Part shown: one piece after another, positions 51,122 through 61,400 of the stretch
Layout: the number at the start of each line of letters is the position of its first letter
Numbering within the stretch: position 1 is the first letter of the stretch
Assembly (NCBI GenBank): GCA_036008175.1
Contig: DASYOB010000098.1
Coordinates: 4,343-68,342 of the forward strand
Origin: Stellaceae bacterium
GTDB taxonomy: Bacteria > Pseudomonadota > Alphaproteobacteria > ATCC43930 > CGMCC-115725
Length of the DNA: 64,000 bases
Reading direction: 5' to 3'
Notes under the pieces: model-generated
The model's input: the letters and a program-made list of their open reading frames with translations, nothing else
The model's database searches: none
Told to the model about the DNA's origin: nothing
Translations under genes and position numbers: made by a program

Positions 51122-52324
51122 TTACACCCGCTCGATGACCGTGGCGATGCCCTGGCCGACGCCGACGCACATCGCCACGAGCGCGTAGCGGCCGCCGGTC
51201 CGCTGCAATTGCCGCGCGGCGGTCAACGCGATGCGCGGCCCCGAGGCGCCGAGCGGGTGGCCGATCGCGATGGCGCCGCCATTCGGGTTGACCCGGCTGT
51301 CGTCAAAGCCGACCTCGAGCCCGCGCAGGCAGGCCAGCACCTGCGCCGCGAACGCCTCGTTGATCTCGATCACGTCGATGTCGTTAATCGACAACCCGGC
51401 GCGTTCCAACGCCTTTTTCGCCGCCGGCACCGGGCCATAGCCCATAATCCGCGGCTCGACCCCGGCGACGCCGGTGGACAGGATCCGGGCGATCGGCTGC
51501 GCACCGGCGGCGTCTCCCGCTTTGCGGCTGGCGACGATCATCGCCACCGCGCCGTCGTTGATGCCCGAGGCGTTGCCGGCGGTGGTGATGCCGTCCTTGA
51601 ACAACGGGCGCAGCTTGGCGAGCGCCTCCATGTCGGTCTGCGGCCGCGGGTGCTCGTCTTCCGCCACCGTGACCGGGCCGGCGCGGCCGCCCGGCACCTC
51701 GACCGCGGTGATCTCGCCGGCGAAAAAGCCGTCCGCCTTGGCCGCGGCGTATTTCTTCTGCGAGCCGGCGGCGAAGGTGTCGGCCGCCTCGCGGGTGATC
51801 TGGTATTCGCGGGCAAGGTTATCGGCGGTTTCCGGCATCGTGTCGGCGCCATAGCGGCCCTCGACCTTCGGGTTCGGGAAGCGCGCGCCGATCGTCGAGT
51901 CGAAGACCCGCGCGTCGCGGCTGTAGGCGCTCTCCGCCTTGCCCATCACAAACGGCGCGCGGCTCATGCTCTCGACCCCGCCAGCGACAAACACGTCGCC
52001 CTCGCCGCAGGTGATCGCCTGCGCCGCCATCGCGATCGCGTTGAGGCCGCTGCCGCAATTGCGCTGCAGCACCGCGCCCGGAATCTCGATCGGCAATCCG
52101 GCGACGAGCGCGGCGTGACGGGCGACGCAGCGGCTGTCCTCGCCGGCCTGGTTGGCGCAGCCGACGACGACATCCTCGACCTTCTCCGGCGAGAAACCGC
52201 TCTCGGCGACGACCTTGGCGATGATTCCGGCGAGCATGTCGTCGGGCCGCATCCGGGCAAGCGCGCCGGCATGGCGCCCGAACGGGCTGCGCAAACCGGT
52301 ATAGAGATAGGCGTCGAGGGGCAT
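51122..52324 (-). CDS. Acetyl-CoA C-acyltransferase (3-oxoadipyl-CoA thiolase-like)
   Basis: 400 aa. NCGSGLNAI active-site Cys region, NPNGGAIAIGHPLGASG, CVGVGQG. Confidence 0.9.
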   Translation of the reverse strand: MPLDAYLYTGLRSPFGRHAGALARMRPDDMLAGIIAKVVAESGFSPEKVEDVVVGCANQAGEDSRCVARHAALVAGLPIEIPGAVLQRNCGSGLNAIAMAAQAITCGEGDVFVAGGVESMSRAPFVMGKAESAYSRDARVFDSTIGARFPNPKVEGRYGADTMPETADNLAREYQITREAADTFAAGSQKKYAAAKADGFFAGEITAVEVPGGRAGPVTVAEDEHPRPQTDMEALAKLRPLFKDGITTAGNASGINDGAVAMIVASRKAGDAAGAQPIARILSTGVAGVEPRIMGYGPVPAAKKALERAGLSINDIDVIEINEAFAAQVLACLRGLEVGFDDSRVNPNGGAIAIGHPLGASGPRIALTAARQLQRTGGRYALVAMCVGVGQGIATVIERV

Positions 52325-52450
52325 TGTCAGCTCCGTCGCGGGAGATTGAGGCGTGCAGTGACGCGCGGCGGCCCGCCACTGTCAAGCATCGGAGCGAGGT
52401 TGAACCTGCTCACCTGCTTTTCCTGCTTCAAGGGAGGCGGGGAGCGCGGA

Positions 52451-52473
52451 TAGCGCCTCAGTTTGAGTTTCTG
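52451..52473. repeat. Left arm of a 23-bp imperfect inverted repeat flanking the methyltransferase gene
   Basis: TAGCGCCTCAGTTTGAGTTTCTG. Its partner at 53376-53398 reverse-complements to TAGTGCCTCAGTTTGAATTTCGG, matching at 20 of 23 positions. Confidence 0.5.
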
Positions 52474-52519
52474 TGATGGTGGGAGCCAACTCGCCCTTCT
52501 CGCCTGCTATGTTTCTCCA

Positions 52520-53341
52520 ATGCTTGGCCAAGGTTCAGCGAACATCTCGTCTCCAGTGCTCCTCCACGCAGAGGCGTGGGCCGAGGCGTATGAGTTAATC
52601 GACCTTCAGCTTTCTCCCTTGGGGCTAAGGGCCATCGAAGCCCTGGGTCTGTATTCGGGGGATATTGTCCTCGATATTGGGTGCGGAGCGGGGCAGACCC
52701 TTCTCCAACTCGCCGAGCGGGTCGGAACTGAAGGGCAGGTGATCGGGGTGGACGTGGCCCCGTTGCTCCTTGAAATTGCCAAGCGGAGAACCGAGCCGCT
52801 CAGCCAGGTGAGATTGATCCAGGCAGACGCTCAGTCCTTGGATTTGCGGGCTGAGAGTACGGATGCCGTGTTCTCTCGATTCGGTGTGATGACCTTCAAC
52901 GATCCGGTCGGGGCTTTCGCCAACTTCCGTAGAATTCTGAAGCCGTCAGGTGCGCTGGCATTTTGTTGCTGGCGCTCCGTCCAAGAGAACGAGTTGGATC
53001 ACCTTCCGCTCTCCGCAACGGGACTCCAGTCGATCGACGAGAGACCGTTCAGCTTTGCCGATCCCGGATACATACGCAGTACCCTTGAGGCGGCGGGATT
53101 CAGCGAGATCATCATCCAATCGCACGATGAAAAGGTCTCGAGCGGCGATCTCGACGCGATGACCTGGGTGCTTCTGAAAGTGGGGGCGCTTGGAAAGATT
53201 GTTCGCGAAAACCCTGCTATGCGAGCGTCTGCCGAGCCTCTATTGCGAGAGGCCCTGGCTGCCCTGGGCGACCCCTCTAGGGTGCAGCTCTTGGCTTCCG
53301 TCTGGATCGTGACTGCGCGAGCTGGAGCAGCGACCCGGTAG
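52520..53341 (+). CDS. Class I SAM-dependent methyltransferase with atypical codon usage
   Basis: ORF 52463..53341; ATG at 52520. VLDIGCGAGQTLLQLAERVG SAM motif. Many codons ending in A/T (tta, cta, aga, agg, ata, ctt, att) that are rare in the flanking genes. Confidence 0.8.
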   Translation: MLGQGSANISSPVLLHAEAWAEAYELIDLQLSPLGLRAIEALGLYSGDIVLDIGCGAGQTLLQLAERVGTEGQVIGVDVAPLLLEIAKRRTEPLSQVRLIQADAQSLDLRAESTDAVFSRFGVMTFNDPVGAFANFRRILKPSGALAFCCWRSVQENELDHLPLSATGLQSIDERPFSFADPGYIRSTLEAAGFSEIIIQSHDEKVSSGDLDAMTWVLLKVGALGKIVRENPAMRASAEPLLREALAALGDPSRVQLLASVWIVTARAGAATR

Positions 53342-53375
53342 CGGAGCCTTCCAACGTCCGCAAGCGGTTCGGAAG

Positions 53376-53398
53376 CCGAAATTCAAACTGAGGCACTA
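53376..53398. repeat. Right arm of the 23-bp imperfect inverted repeat
   Basis: CCGAAATTCAAACTGAGGCACTA, the reverse-complement partner of 52451-52473. Confidence 0.5.
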
Positions 53399-53504
53399 CC
53401 GGGGAGCGATAATTTACCAGCCAAACTAGGGCGTCCGGCCGAATGCTCTTCAATGCGCGGCGCCCGCAGCTTAGTTTAAGGAGCCGGGTCGAGGAGGAAG
53501 AGCG

Positions 53505-54449
<945 letters not shown>

Positions 54450-54516
54450 GGGACTCAATCGGGCGGATTTCTGGCCCGCGGCTTGCTAGGCTGGCGCGTC
54501 CAGCCGGAGATCCCGC

Positions 54517-54729
54517 ATGTCCGAACCGATATCCGCCGAGCGCTTCGCCTATATCGCGCAGCGCGCCGGCCTAGACCCTGAGAAGATCGGCGCCGAGCGC
54601 TTCGAGGAATTGCGCCAGGGCACCCGCTTTGTCGAGCGCATGCAGCGCACGGTCAGGCGACCGCTCGGTGGACAGCCAAGAGAACGCGCGGCCGAGCCGG
54701 CGCATATTTTCGTTCATCCGAAGGCGTGA
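54517..54729 (+). CDS. Small GatC-like / AtzG-like protein (putative amidase partner subunit)
   Basis: 70 aa immediately upstream of the amidase gene. FAYIAQRAGLDPEKIGAERFEELRQGTRFVERM resembles the GatC helix pattern. Call rests on position and size. Confidence 0.55.
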   Translation: MSEPISAERFAYIAQRAGLDPEKIGAERFEELRQGTRFVERMQRTVRRPLGGQPRERAAEPAHIFVHPKA

Positions 54730-54737
54730 GGCGCGCG

Positions 54738-56183
54738 ATGGCCCAATCCATCGGCGACCCGACCCAGCTATCGCTCGCCGGAGCCAGCCGCGCGATCACC
54801 GAGGGCGCGCTGTCGCCGGTCGCCCTGACCGAAGGCTATCTCGACCGCATCGCCGCGCTCGACGGCGAATTGCACAGTTATGTCCTGGTGCTGACCGACG
54901 AGGCGCTGACCGCCGCGATGGCGGCCGAGGCCGACATTCGCGCCGGCCGCTCGCGCGGCAAGCTGCACGGCATCCCGATCGGGCTCAAGGACATCTACAA
55001 GACGCGCGGTATCCGCACCACCGCCGGCTCGCGCGTCTATCTCGATCACGTGCCCGAGGAAGACGCCGAGACCTGGGTCCGGCTGCACGATGCCGGCGCC
55101 ATCCTGCTCGGCAAGCAGGAGACGCATGAGTTCGCAATCGGCGGGCCGGATTTCACCCTGCCCTTCCCGCCGGCGCGCAACCCGTGGAACACCGAGCACT
55201 ATCCCGCCGGCTCGTCGAGCGGAACGGCGGCGGCGGTCGGCGCGCATCTCTGCGCCGCCGGCATGGGTTCCGACACCGGCGGCTCGATCCGCGGCCCGGC
55301 GGCCTATTGCGGCATCGTCGGACTGAAGCCGACCTACGGCCGGCTCAGCCGGCGCGGCGTGTTCCCGCTGTCCTATACGCTCGACCATTGCGGCCCCTTG
55401 ACCCGCACGGTCGAGGATTGCGCGTGGATGCTGCAGGCGCTGGCCGGGCACGATCCAAAGGATCCGGCGTCTGTCGACATGCCGGTGCCGGATTACGCGA
55501 GGGCGCTGACCCCGCGCATCGACGGGTTGTCGATCGGGGTCATCCGGCACTGGCACGAGGAGGACGCCGTCGCCGGCTTCGGACCGGAAAGCACGCCGTC
55601 GCCCGCCTATATTGCCGCTTTCGACGCCGCCTGCCGGACACTGGAGAGCCTCGGCGCTCGCCTGCGTGACATTCGCCTCTCGCCGCTGCTCGATTATGCC
55701 GACACCAACCGGCTGATCATGCTGTCGGAGGCTTTTGCGCTGCACGAGACGGATTTCCGCGAACGGCCGCATCTATTCGGCCGGCAGATGTTTGCGCGGA
55801 TTGGGCTCGGCGCGTTCCTGAGCGCGGCCGATTACGTCGAGGCGATGCGGCAGCGCCGCGAGCTGTGCCTCGAAATGGCCGGAGCGCTAGGCGAAGTCGA
55901 TCTGATCGTCTCCGCCAACTACACCGGTCCGGCGCCGCGCATCGACGCGGTCGGCACCTGGGGGGTGTTCGAGCGCGCCTCCTACACCGCTCCCTACAAC
56001 ATCACCGGTTTGCCGGCGCTGTCGGTGCCGATCGGCTTTGAGGACGCCCTGCCGCTCGCCTTCCAGATCGCCGCCAGGCCGTTCGACGAAGCCGGCGTGC
56101 TGCGCGCCGGCTTCGCTTTCGAGCAGGCGGCCGGGATCTACCGCCAGCAGCCGCCGATGGCGGCCTCGCTGCCGGCGCGGTGA
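54738..56183 (+). CDS. Amidase (amidase-signature family, GatA/AtzE-like)
   Basis: GIPIGLKD, PAGSSSGTAAAV, GSDTGGSIRGPAAYCGIVGLKPTYG. ATG 54738 lies within ORF 54726..56183. Confidence 0.9.
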   Translation: MAQSIGDPTQLSLAGASRAITEGALSPVALTEGYLDRIAALDGELHSYVLVLTDEALTAAMAAEADIRAGRSRGKLHGIPIGLKDIYKTRGIRTTAGSRVYLDHVPEEDAETWVRLHDAGAILLGKQETHEFAIGGPDFTLPFPPARNPWNTEHYPAGSSSGTAAAVGAHLCAAGMGSDTGGSIRGPAAYCGIVGLKPTYGRLSRRGVFPLSYTLDHCGPLTRTVEDCAWMLQALAGHDPKDPASVDMPVPDYARALTPRIDGLSIGVIRHWHEEDAVAGFGPESTPSPAYIAAFDAACRTLESLGARLRDIRLSPLLDYADTNRLIMLSEAFALHETDFRERPHLFGRQMFARIGLGAFLSAADYVEAMRQRRELCLEMAGALGEVDLIVSANYTGPAPRIDAVGTWGVFERASYTAPYNITGLPALSVPIGFEDALPLAFQIAARPFDEAGVLRAGFAFEQAAGIYRQQPPMAASLPAR

Positions 56184-56737
56184 CCGGCCGGCGCGCCGGC
56201 CTCTTCGCGCTGGCGCTGTGGGCAGCGGCGGGCGCCGGCTGCGGCGCCGTCGGAGATAATTTGGAGCTGACCGACGCGCAACAGGTCATCGCCGGCATGA
56301 AGCTCGGGCCGTCCGACTTGAAGGCGCTTGGCAGCGTCGATCGTTCCGACCGCCGCTATCGGGTGGGCGAGCCGATCGCGCTGACCCTGCAGGTCAACAA
56401 GAATGCCTATGCTGCGGTACTGCGCGTGCTGCCGAACGGCGCGACGACGATCATTTTCCCGAACAAGGATAATCCCTCGGCGGAAGTGGCGGCGAACACC
56501 CTCGTCAAGGTGGCGGCCGTCCCCGCCGACACGCCCGGCACGGTGTTGTTCGAATTCATCGTCTCGGGCTCTGGCGACTCCTTTCTGTTCGATCGCAAGC
56601 GCGCGGAAGCAGGGACCCATGCCGAACTCGGCGCGACGACACGCACCATCGCCAAGGAGATCACGATGTCGCTGAAGCCGGGTCCGGGCCGCGACACCGC
56701 CGGGGCGCATCTCGCCGTGCGGGTCGAAGCGCCTTAG
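56180..56737 (+). CDS. DUF4384 domain-containing (lipo)protein
   Basis: 185 aa with GTGA overlap with the amidase stop. Signal/lipobox-like LWAAAGAGC. YRVGEPIALTLQVNKNAYAAVLRVLPNGATTIIFPN is the DUF4384 core. Confidence 0.75.
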   Translation: MTGRRAGLFALALWAAAGAGCGAVGDNLELTDAQQVIAGMKLGPSDLKALGSVDRSDRRYRVGEPIALTLQVNKNAYAAVLRVLPNGATTIIFPNKDNPSAEVAANTLVKVAAVPADTPGTVLFEFIVSGSGDSFLFDRKRAEAGTHAELGATTRTIAKEITMSLKPGPGRDTAGAHLAVRVEAP

Positions 56738-56738
56738 C

Positions 56739-57068
56739 TCAGCCGACCGGCACGAAATCGTAGACGCCGACGCCCTGGATGATCAGGAACCTGCAAGGGC
56801 CGCCGCTCTCGCCCTGAACATGATGAGCCGTCTTCGGCGGCACCGCGCAGCGCTGTCCCGGTTCGAGCCGATAGGTATGCCGCGGCGCCCGCGTCTCGAC
56901 CACGACAGGGCCTTCGAGGCAGACGAAGCTGTCCGTGATCTCGTTGTGATAGTGCCAGGGCACCTCCTGCCCGGCGGCGAGGGTCAGCACCGACACGCGC
57001 AGATCGGCGCTCTCGGCGACGATCTCGCGGCCGGCGATCTCGTAATTGCTGCGCGAGCGGATCTGCAT
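56739..57068 (-). CDS. Cupin domain-containing protein
   Basis: 109 aa. GQEVPWHYHNEITDSFVCLEG...PKTAHHVQ, the two-motif cupin signature. Confidence 0.8.
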   Translation of the reverse strand: MQIRSRSNYEIAGREIVAESADLRVSVLTLAAGQEVPWHYHNEITDSFVCLEGPVVVETRAPRHTYRLEPGQRCAVPPKTAHHVQGESGGPCRFLIIQGVGVYDFVPVG

Positions 57069-57132
57069 ATTTTATATTTTCTGTCTGCGAATGCTCGGCC
57101 GTAATTCTGTCACCGCGCGCAGAGCCAGACAA

Positions 57133-57585
57133 TCAGTTCGGCGCGCAGGACAGATCGGTGCCGGTGAACAGCGGCGCCAACCCCGAAGCACCGCTGGGCG
57201 GACAAATAACCCAGTTCTCCGCCGTCCCCGAGCCGGAAGAATTTCCGGCGCCAGTGGTCGCCGCGCCGCCCGAGGAGGTCGTAGTGCCGCGCGAGGTTGT
57301 TCCCGCCGATCCGCTCGGGGCGGTCGAGCTCGAGCTGGATGTGGTGCCGCTCGCCGCAGCAGTCGTTCCGGCCGTCGTGGAGGTGGTGGTAGTGGCGGTG
57401 GTCGGGCTTCCGGTCGTCGTCAATGACGGTGCGATGGGTAGCGCCACCGCCCCACCTGAGGTCGGGAAGCCGTTACGCGTCGCGGCGCTGCCGACATTCC
57501 CCGTAGTTGGGGTCGCGACCTGGGCCAGGGCGGGCCTGGCGGCGGCGAGCAGCAGGGCAATCGCGAACAGCGATGCACGCGTCAT
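57133..57585 (-). CDS. Secreted Thr/Ser/Gly-rich low-complexity protein
   Basis: C-terminal 150 codons of the track ORF 57133..58476. MTRASLFAIALLLAAARPALAQ signal peptide, ~95 aa of T/S/G/A-rich sequence, then NWVICPPSGASGLAPLFTGTDLSCAPN. An alternative ATG is at 57603. Confidence 0.55.
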   Translation of the reverse strand: MTRASLFAIALLLAAARPALAQVATPTTGNVGSAATRNGFPTSGGAVALPIAPSLTTTGSPTTATTTTSTTAGTTAAASGTTSSSSSTAPSGSAGTTSRGTTTSSGGAATTGAGNSSGSGTAENWVICPPSGASGLAPLFTGTDLSCAPN

Positions 57586-57726
57586 ATCGAAGCAACGTGC
57601 CATTGCGTGACGGGTTCCGCGGCAGCCGGTCCCAGATCGGGGCGCGGTGAAACCGCGTGACAATGGCCGGAGATCGGATGACGCTTCGTGCTCCATATGA
57701 TGCCTCACTCGAAGGACTCCCCCGCC

Positions 57727-58467
57727 ATGTACGAACAGGATGTCATCATCACCACCAAATACGGCCAAATGCCGAGCTTTGTGGCATGCCCCGACGGCCC
57801 CGGCCAAGCCTCGCAGCACCCCGCCATCATCTTCTACATGGATGCGCCCGGCATTCGCGAGGAGCTGCGCAACATGACGCGGCGCATCGCCAAGCATGGC
57901 TATTTCGCGGTGCTGCCCGACATGTATTACCGGCTCGGCACGCTGCGCTTCGATGTCAACCGGCGCGACGACGCGATGTTTCAGTGCATGCGGGCGGCGA
58001 TGAACAGCCTGACCAACGCGATGGTCATGGACGACACCGCCGGGATCCTCGGCTTCATCGACGCGCAGGACAAGGCGAAGCCCGGCCCGGTCGGTTGCGT
58101 CGGCTACTGCATGAGCGGGCAGTACATCACCGCCGCCGCGGCGACATTTCCGCACCGTATCGCCTCGGCGGCTTCGCTCTACGGCGTCGGTATCATCACC
58201 GACAAAGAGGATTCGCCGCACCTTTCCCTCAACAACGTCAAGGGCGAGCTGTACTACGCCTTCGCCGAGACCGACCGCAGCGTGCCCGAGCACATCCCGG
58301 GTGAATTGAAGGGCCTCCTCGAAAAGCACGGCATCAAGCACGAGCTGAAGGTCTTTCCCGGCACCGAGCACGGCTTCGCGTTCAATGAGCGCGCGGTTTA
58401 CAACACGCTGGCGGCCGAGGAGACCTGGGACAAAATGTTCGCGCTGTGGGGCCGCACGCTGAAATAG
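57727..58467 (+). CDS. Dienelactone hydrolase family protein
   Basis: ORF 57688..58467 trimmed to MYEQDV. GCVGYCMSGQ nucleophile elbow and GTEHGF near the C-terminus. Confidence 0.85.
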   Translation: MYEQDVIITTKYGQMPSFVACPDGPGQASQHPAIIFYMDAPGIREELRNMTRRIAKHGYFAVLPDMYYRLGTLRFDVNRRDDAMFQCMRAAMNSLTNAMVMDDTAGILGFIDAQDKAKPGPVGCVGYCMSGQYITAAAATFPHRIASAASLYGVGIITDKEDSPHLSLNNVKGELYYAFAETDRSVPEHIPGELKGLLEKHGIKHELKVFPGTEHGFAFNERAVYNTLAAEETWDKMFALWGRTLK

Positions 58468-58494
58468 GCAGCGCATAGATTTGGATGCCGCTCG

Positions 58495-61400
58495 CTACCG
58501 CGCCGGCTGCAATAACGGCGCGGTAGCGAGCGCTTCCTGTTCGGCCTGGCGCAAGCGGCGAACCAGCGTCGTGCAGAGTTGCATCAGGACGCTCGGCCGC
58601 TGCTGCACCAGGCTGTGAAACCGGTCGCGCTGCAACACCAGCACCTCGACCTCGTCGACCGCCGTCACGGTCGCCGAGCGCGGCTCGTCGTCGAACAGCG
58701 CCATCTCGCCGAAGAAGTCTCCGGTCGCCAGGCGCGCCAGCACGCGCCCACCCTTCCGCACCAGCACCTCGCCGCGGTGGACAATGCAGAGCCGATCGCC
58801 GGTCTCCCCTTCGGTGACGATCGGCTCGCCGGCGAGATAGGTCTCGGAACCCAGCGCGTGGTCGACCGCAATCAAATCGTCGAGGCTAGCCTCGGCGAAC
58901 AACGGCACGTCGTGCAAGAAGGCGAGTCGGCTCATCAGAGCTTCCCGTGCGTAGGGGCAGCGGCCAGATGGTCGCTCGGTCAGCAACCGTGCCGTCTCGG
59001 CGACGACCGGCGACGGATCCTGCAACAGGCCGTCGTCGATTTTACCGGTTTCCGCGTGCCAGGCCACCGCGGCGGCAGCGCGCAGCCAAGGATCGGGCGA
59101 TCCCATGGCATCGCGGAGCAAGGGTGCCGGGTCGCTCTTCCGCGCGCCTGGGGGCGCCTTGCCAGCATCGCCGTCCTCGATCAGGGGCAGGATCGGGATC
59201 ACAAAACGGCGATGCGGCAGCGATGCGAGGCTCTCGATGGCGTTGGCGCGGCTGCGCTCTTCGGGGCTGGTCATCATCAGGCGGACCAGGCTCAACGTGC
59301 GGTGGTGTCCGAGCGCGTCGAGCGCATGCAGGACCAGCCGCAGCGTGCGGCGCCGCGCGTTGTCGAGCGCAGCGCGGATCGCCGGCCAACCCGGATGTTC
59401 GCGAGGAAAGGATCGGGCGAGGTGCTGATTGAAGGCGATAGTGGCGAACAGGCCGTGGTTCAGCTCATCGAACAGCCGATCGCTGGCGGCCGCTCCCTTC
59501 GCCAACCCGAGCGCATCGATGGCGGCCAGCCGCACCTCCTCGCGCTCGTGGTGCAACTGTAGGCAGATCGCAGCAGCCGCCTCGTCTCCACGGGCCCCAA
59601 GCGCCTCGGCCGCGGCCTGCCGCACTTCGGGCGAAGGATCGCCGAGCCCCTTTTGCGCCAACTCAGCGAGTTGATCCTCGGGGGCGAGGCGGGCCAAGAC
59701 CGTCACAGCCGCCTGGCGGATCGACGGCTCCAAATCCCAGCCGGCCCGGCGCGCCCAATCGAGCACAGCCGGATTATCCGTCGCCTGCGCGCCGGCGGCG
59801 GCCAGCGCCGCCGCACGCACCGCTGGAGCGGGATGTTCGCCAATCGCGGCGAGGATCGGCACCAGCGCCGGACCATGCCCATGCCGCAGCACCTCGATCG
59901 CGCCGAGCGCGGCGTCCAAAGACAATGTTTGCCGCAGGACCCCGCCGGCGGGCTGATCCGCCGGATTGTCGATCAGGACCCTGGCCGCCGCGGCGCAGCG
60001 CACGCCTTCGTCCGGGTCGGCGAGCAGCTGCGTCGCGCGATCGGCCGCTGCCGGATCTTCCGCGCTGAAGATGCGTTGCCAGGCCAGCTGTCTGACGCTC
60101 GGCGGGCCGGTCTCCGATAGGCTCTCAAGAATGGCGCGGTTGCCTGGTTTGCCGCCCTCGGCAAATTGCGCGAGCACGCCGCGAGCTTGCAGCATCGGGA
60201 TCTTGGCGAGTGCGGTGGCGATCTCAGCCGACGGAACCTCGCCCTCGCAGCGCGCCGCCATCTGCAGACCCATCAGCGCGGTCCGCGGGTCGCCGGCGAG
60301 CATCGCACGGATTTCCTCGACATGTTCCGGCGGGACGCGCAACCCGCTTTCGACGTCGTCGAGCTCAACCGCGCCGTCGCGCAGCATCTCGATCAAACCG
60401 CGCACATATTCCTTGCCGATGTTCCAATGCAGCACGAACAGAACAAAGCTCAACCCCAACCCGAAAGCCGCAATCGCGCGTAATTCGAGCCGCCCCTGAA
60501 ACGCCATCAGCAGGAGGCCGGCTGAGGCGAGCCCGAGCGGAAAAATCATTCCGTCGATGAAAACCCGGACCCGGCCGACGAAGCGATAGCGGATCGCGTT
60601 GTAGTTCATCGTCGCGACCGGCACATCGATGCCGCGCTCGAACGGATCGTAAGAGACGTTTGCAAGAATGCCGGCCGGCAGTGACGGCGAGATGGTCAGT
60701 ACCCCGAAGGTCAGCACGTCTAACGCCGGATAGACCCGGTTCATCTTCGGCACGCCGAGGCGGGGTAGCTGCCGGTCGGTAAACACGACGATGACCAGGA
60801 AAGCCAGCACATTGAGGCCGGCGTTGACCAGGCCGAGGAACACCGCGAGATCCTCGACCCGGGGGAAATGTATCGTGTAGATCGAGAAAGCCAGGAATTC
60901 GGCGACGCATTGCAGCAGGACGTTGAGGAACATCGCCGCTGACATCAGCGCGATCAGCGGGTAGCGGCGCAGCAAGCGCGGCAGAATCCGCAGGCTTTCA
61001 ATCACCCCTTCCCGCGACGCCGGCGCGCTCGCATCGAGCGGGTGCTCCCGCCTGGTCAGCCAGCCGCCGAAGACCAGCACCGCCGCCACCAGGGCCGGCG
61101 TCACCGACGCCGCGATGATCGGCCCGCCGAAGCCGGTAACGGCGGTCAGCAGCGCGCCGCCGGTCAAGCCGCCGACCGCCATCCCCAGCGCGAGGCGCCC
61201 AGCGTACCGTTTGGTGTTCGTGACGGTGAAATAATCCGCGAAGAGGATGTAGTAGATGCTGATGATCATGTGCTCGAAAACGCGCACGGCCAGAAAGGCG
61301 ACGTAGGACCACACGTTGCCCAGCAGCAGCACGAACACCAATACGATAGTAATGATGGTGAACGCGCCGAGCATGTTCTGGAACAGCAGCGGGCGCGGGA

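Noticed and set aside
57586-58476. N-terminal 297 codons of the track ORF 57133..58476 (447 aa)
   Set aside because: This part is antisense to the dienelactone hydrolase gene and has shadow-frame composition. Only the last ~150 codons, which have their own ATG and a signal peptide, look like a gene.
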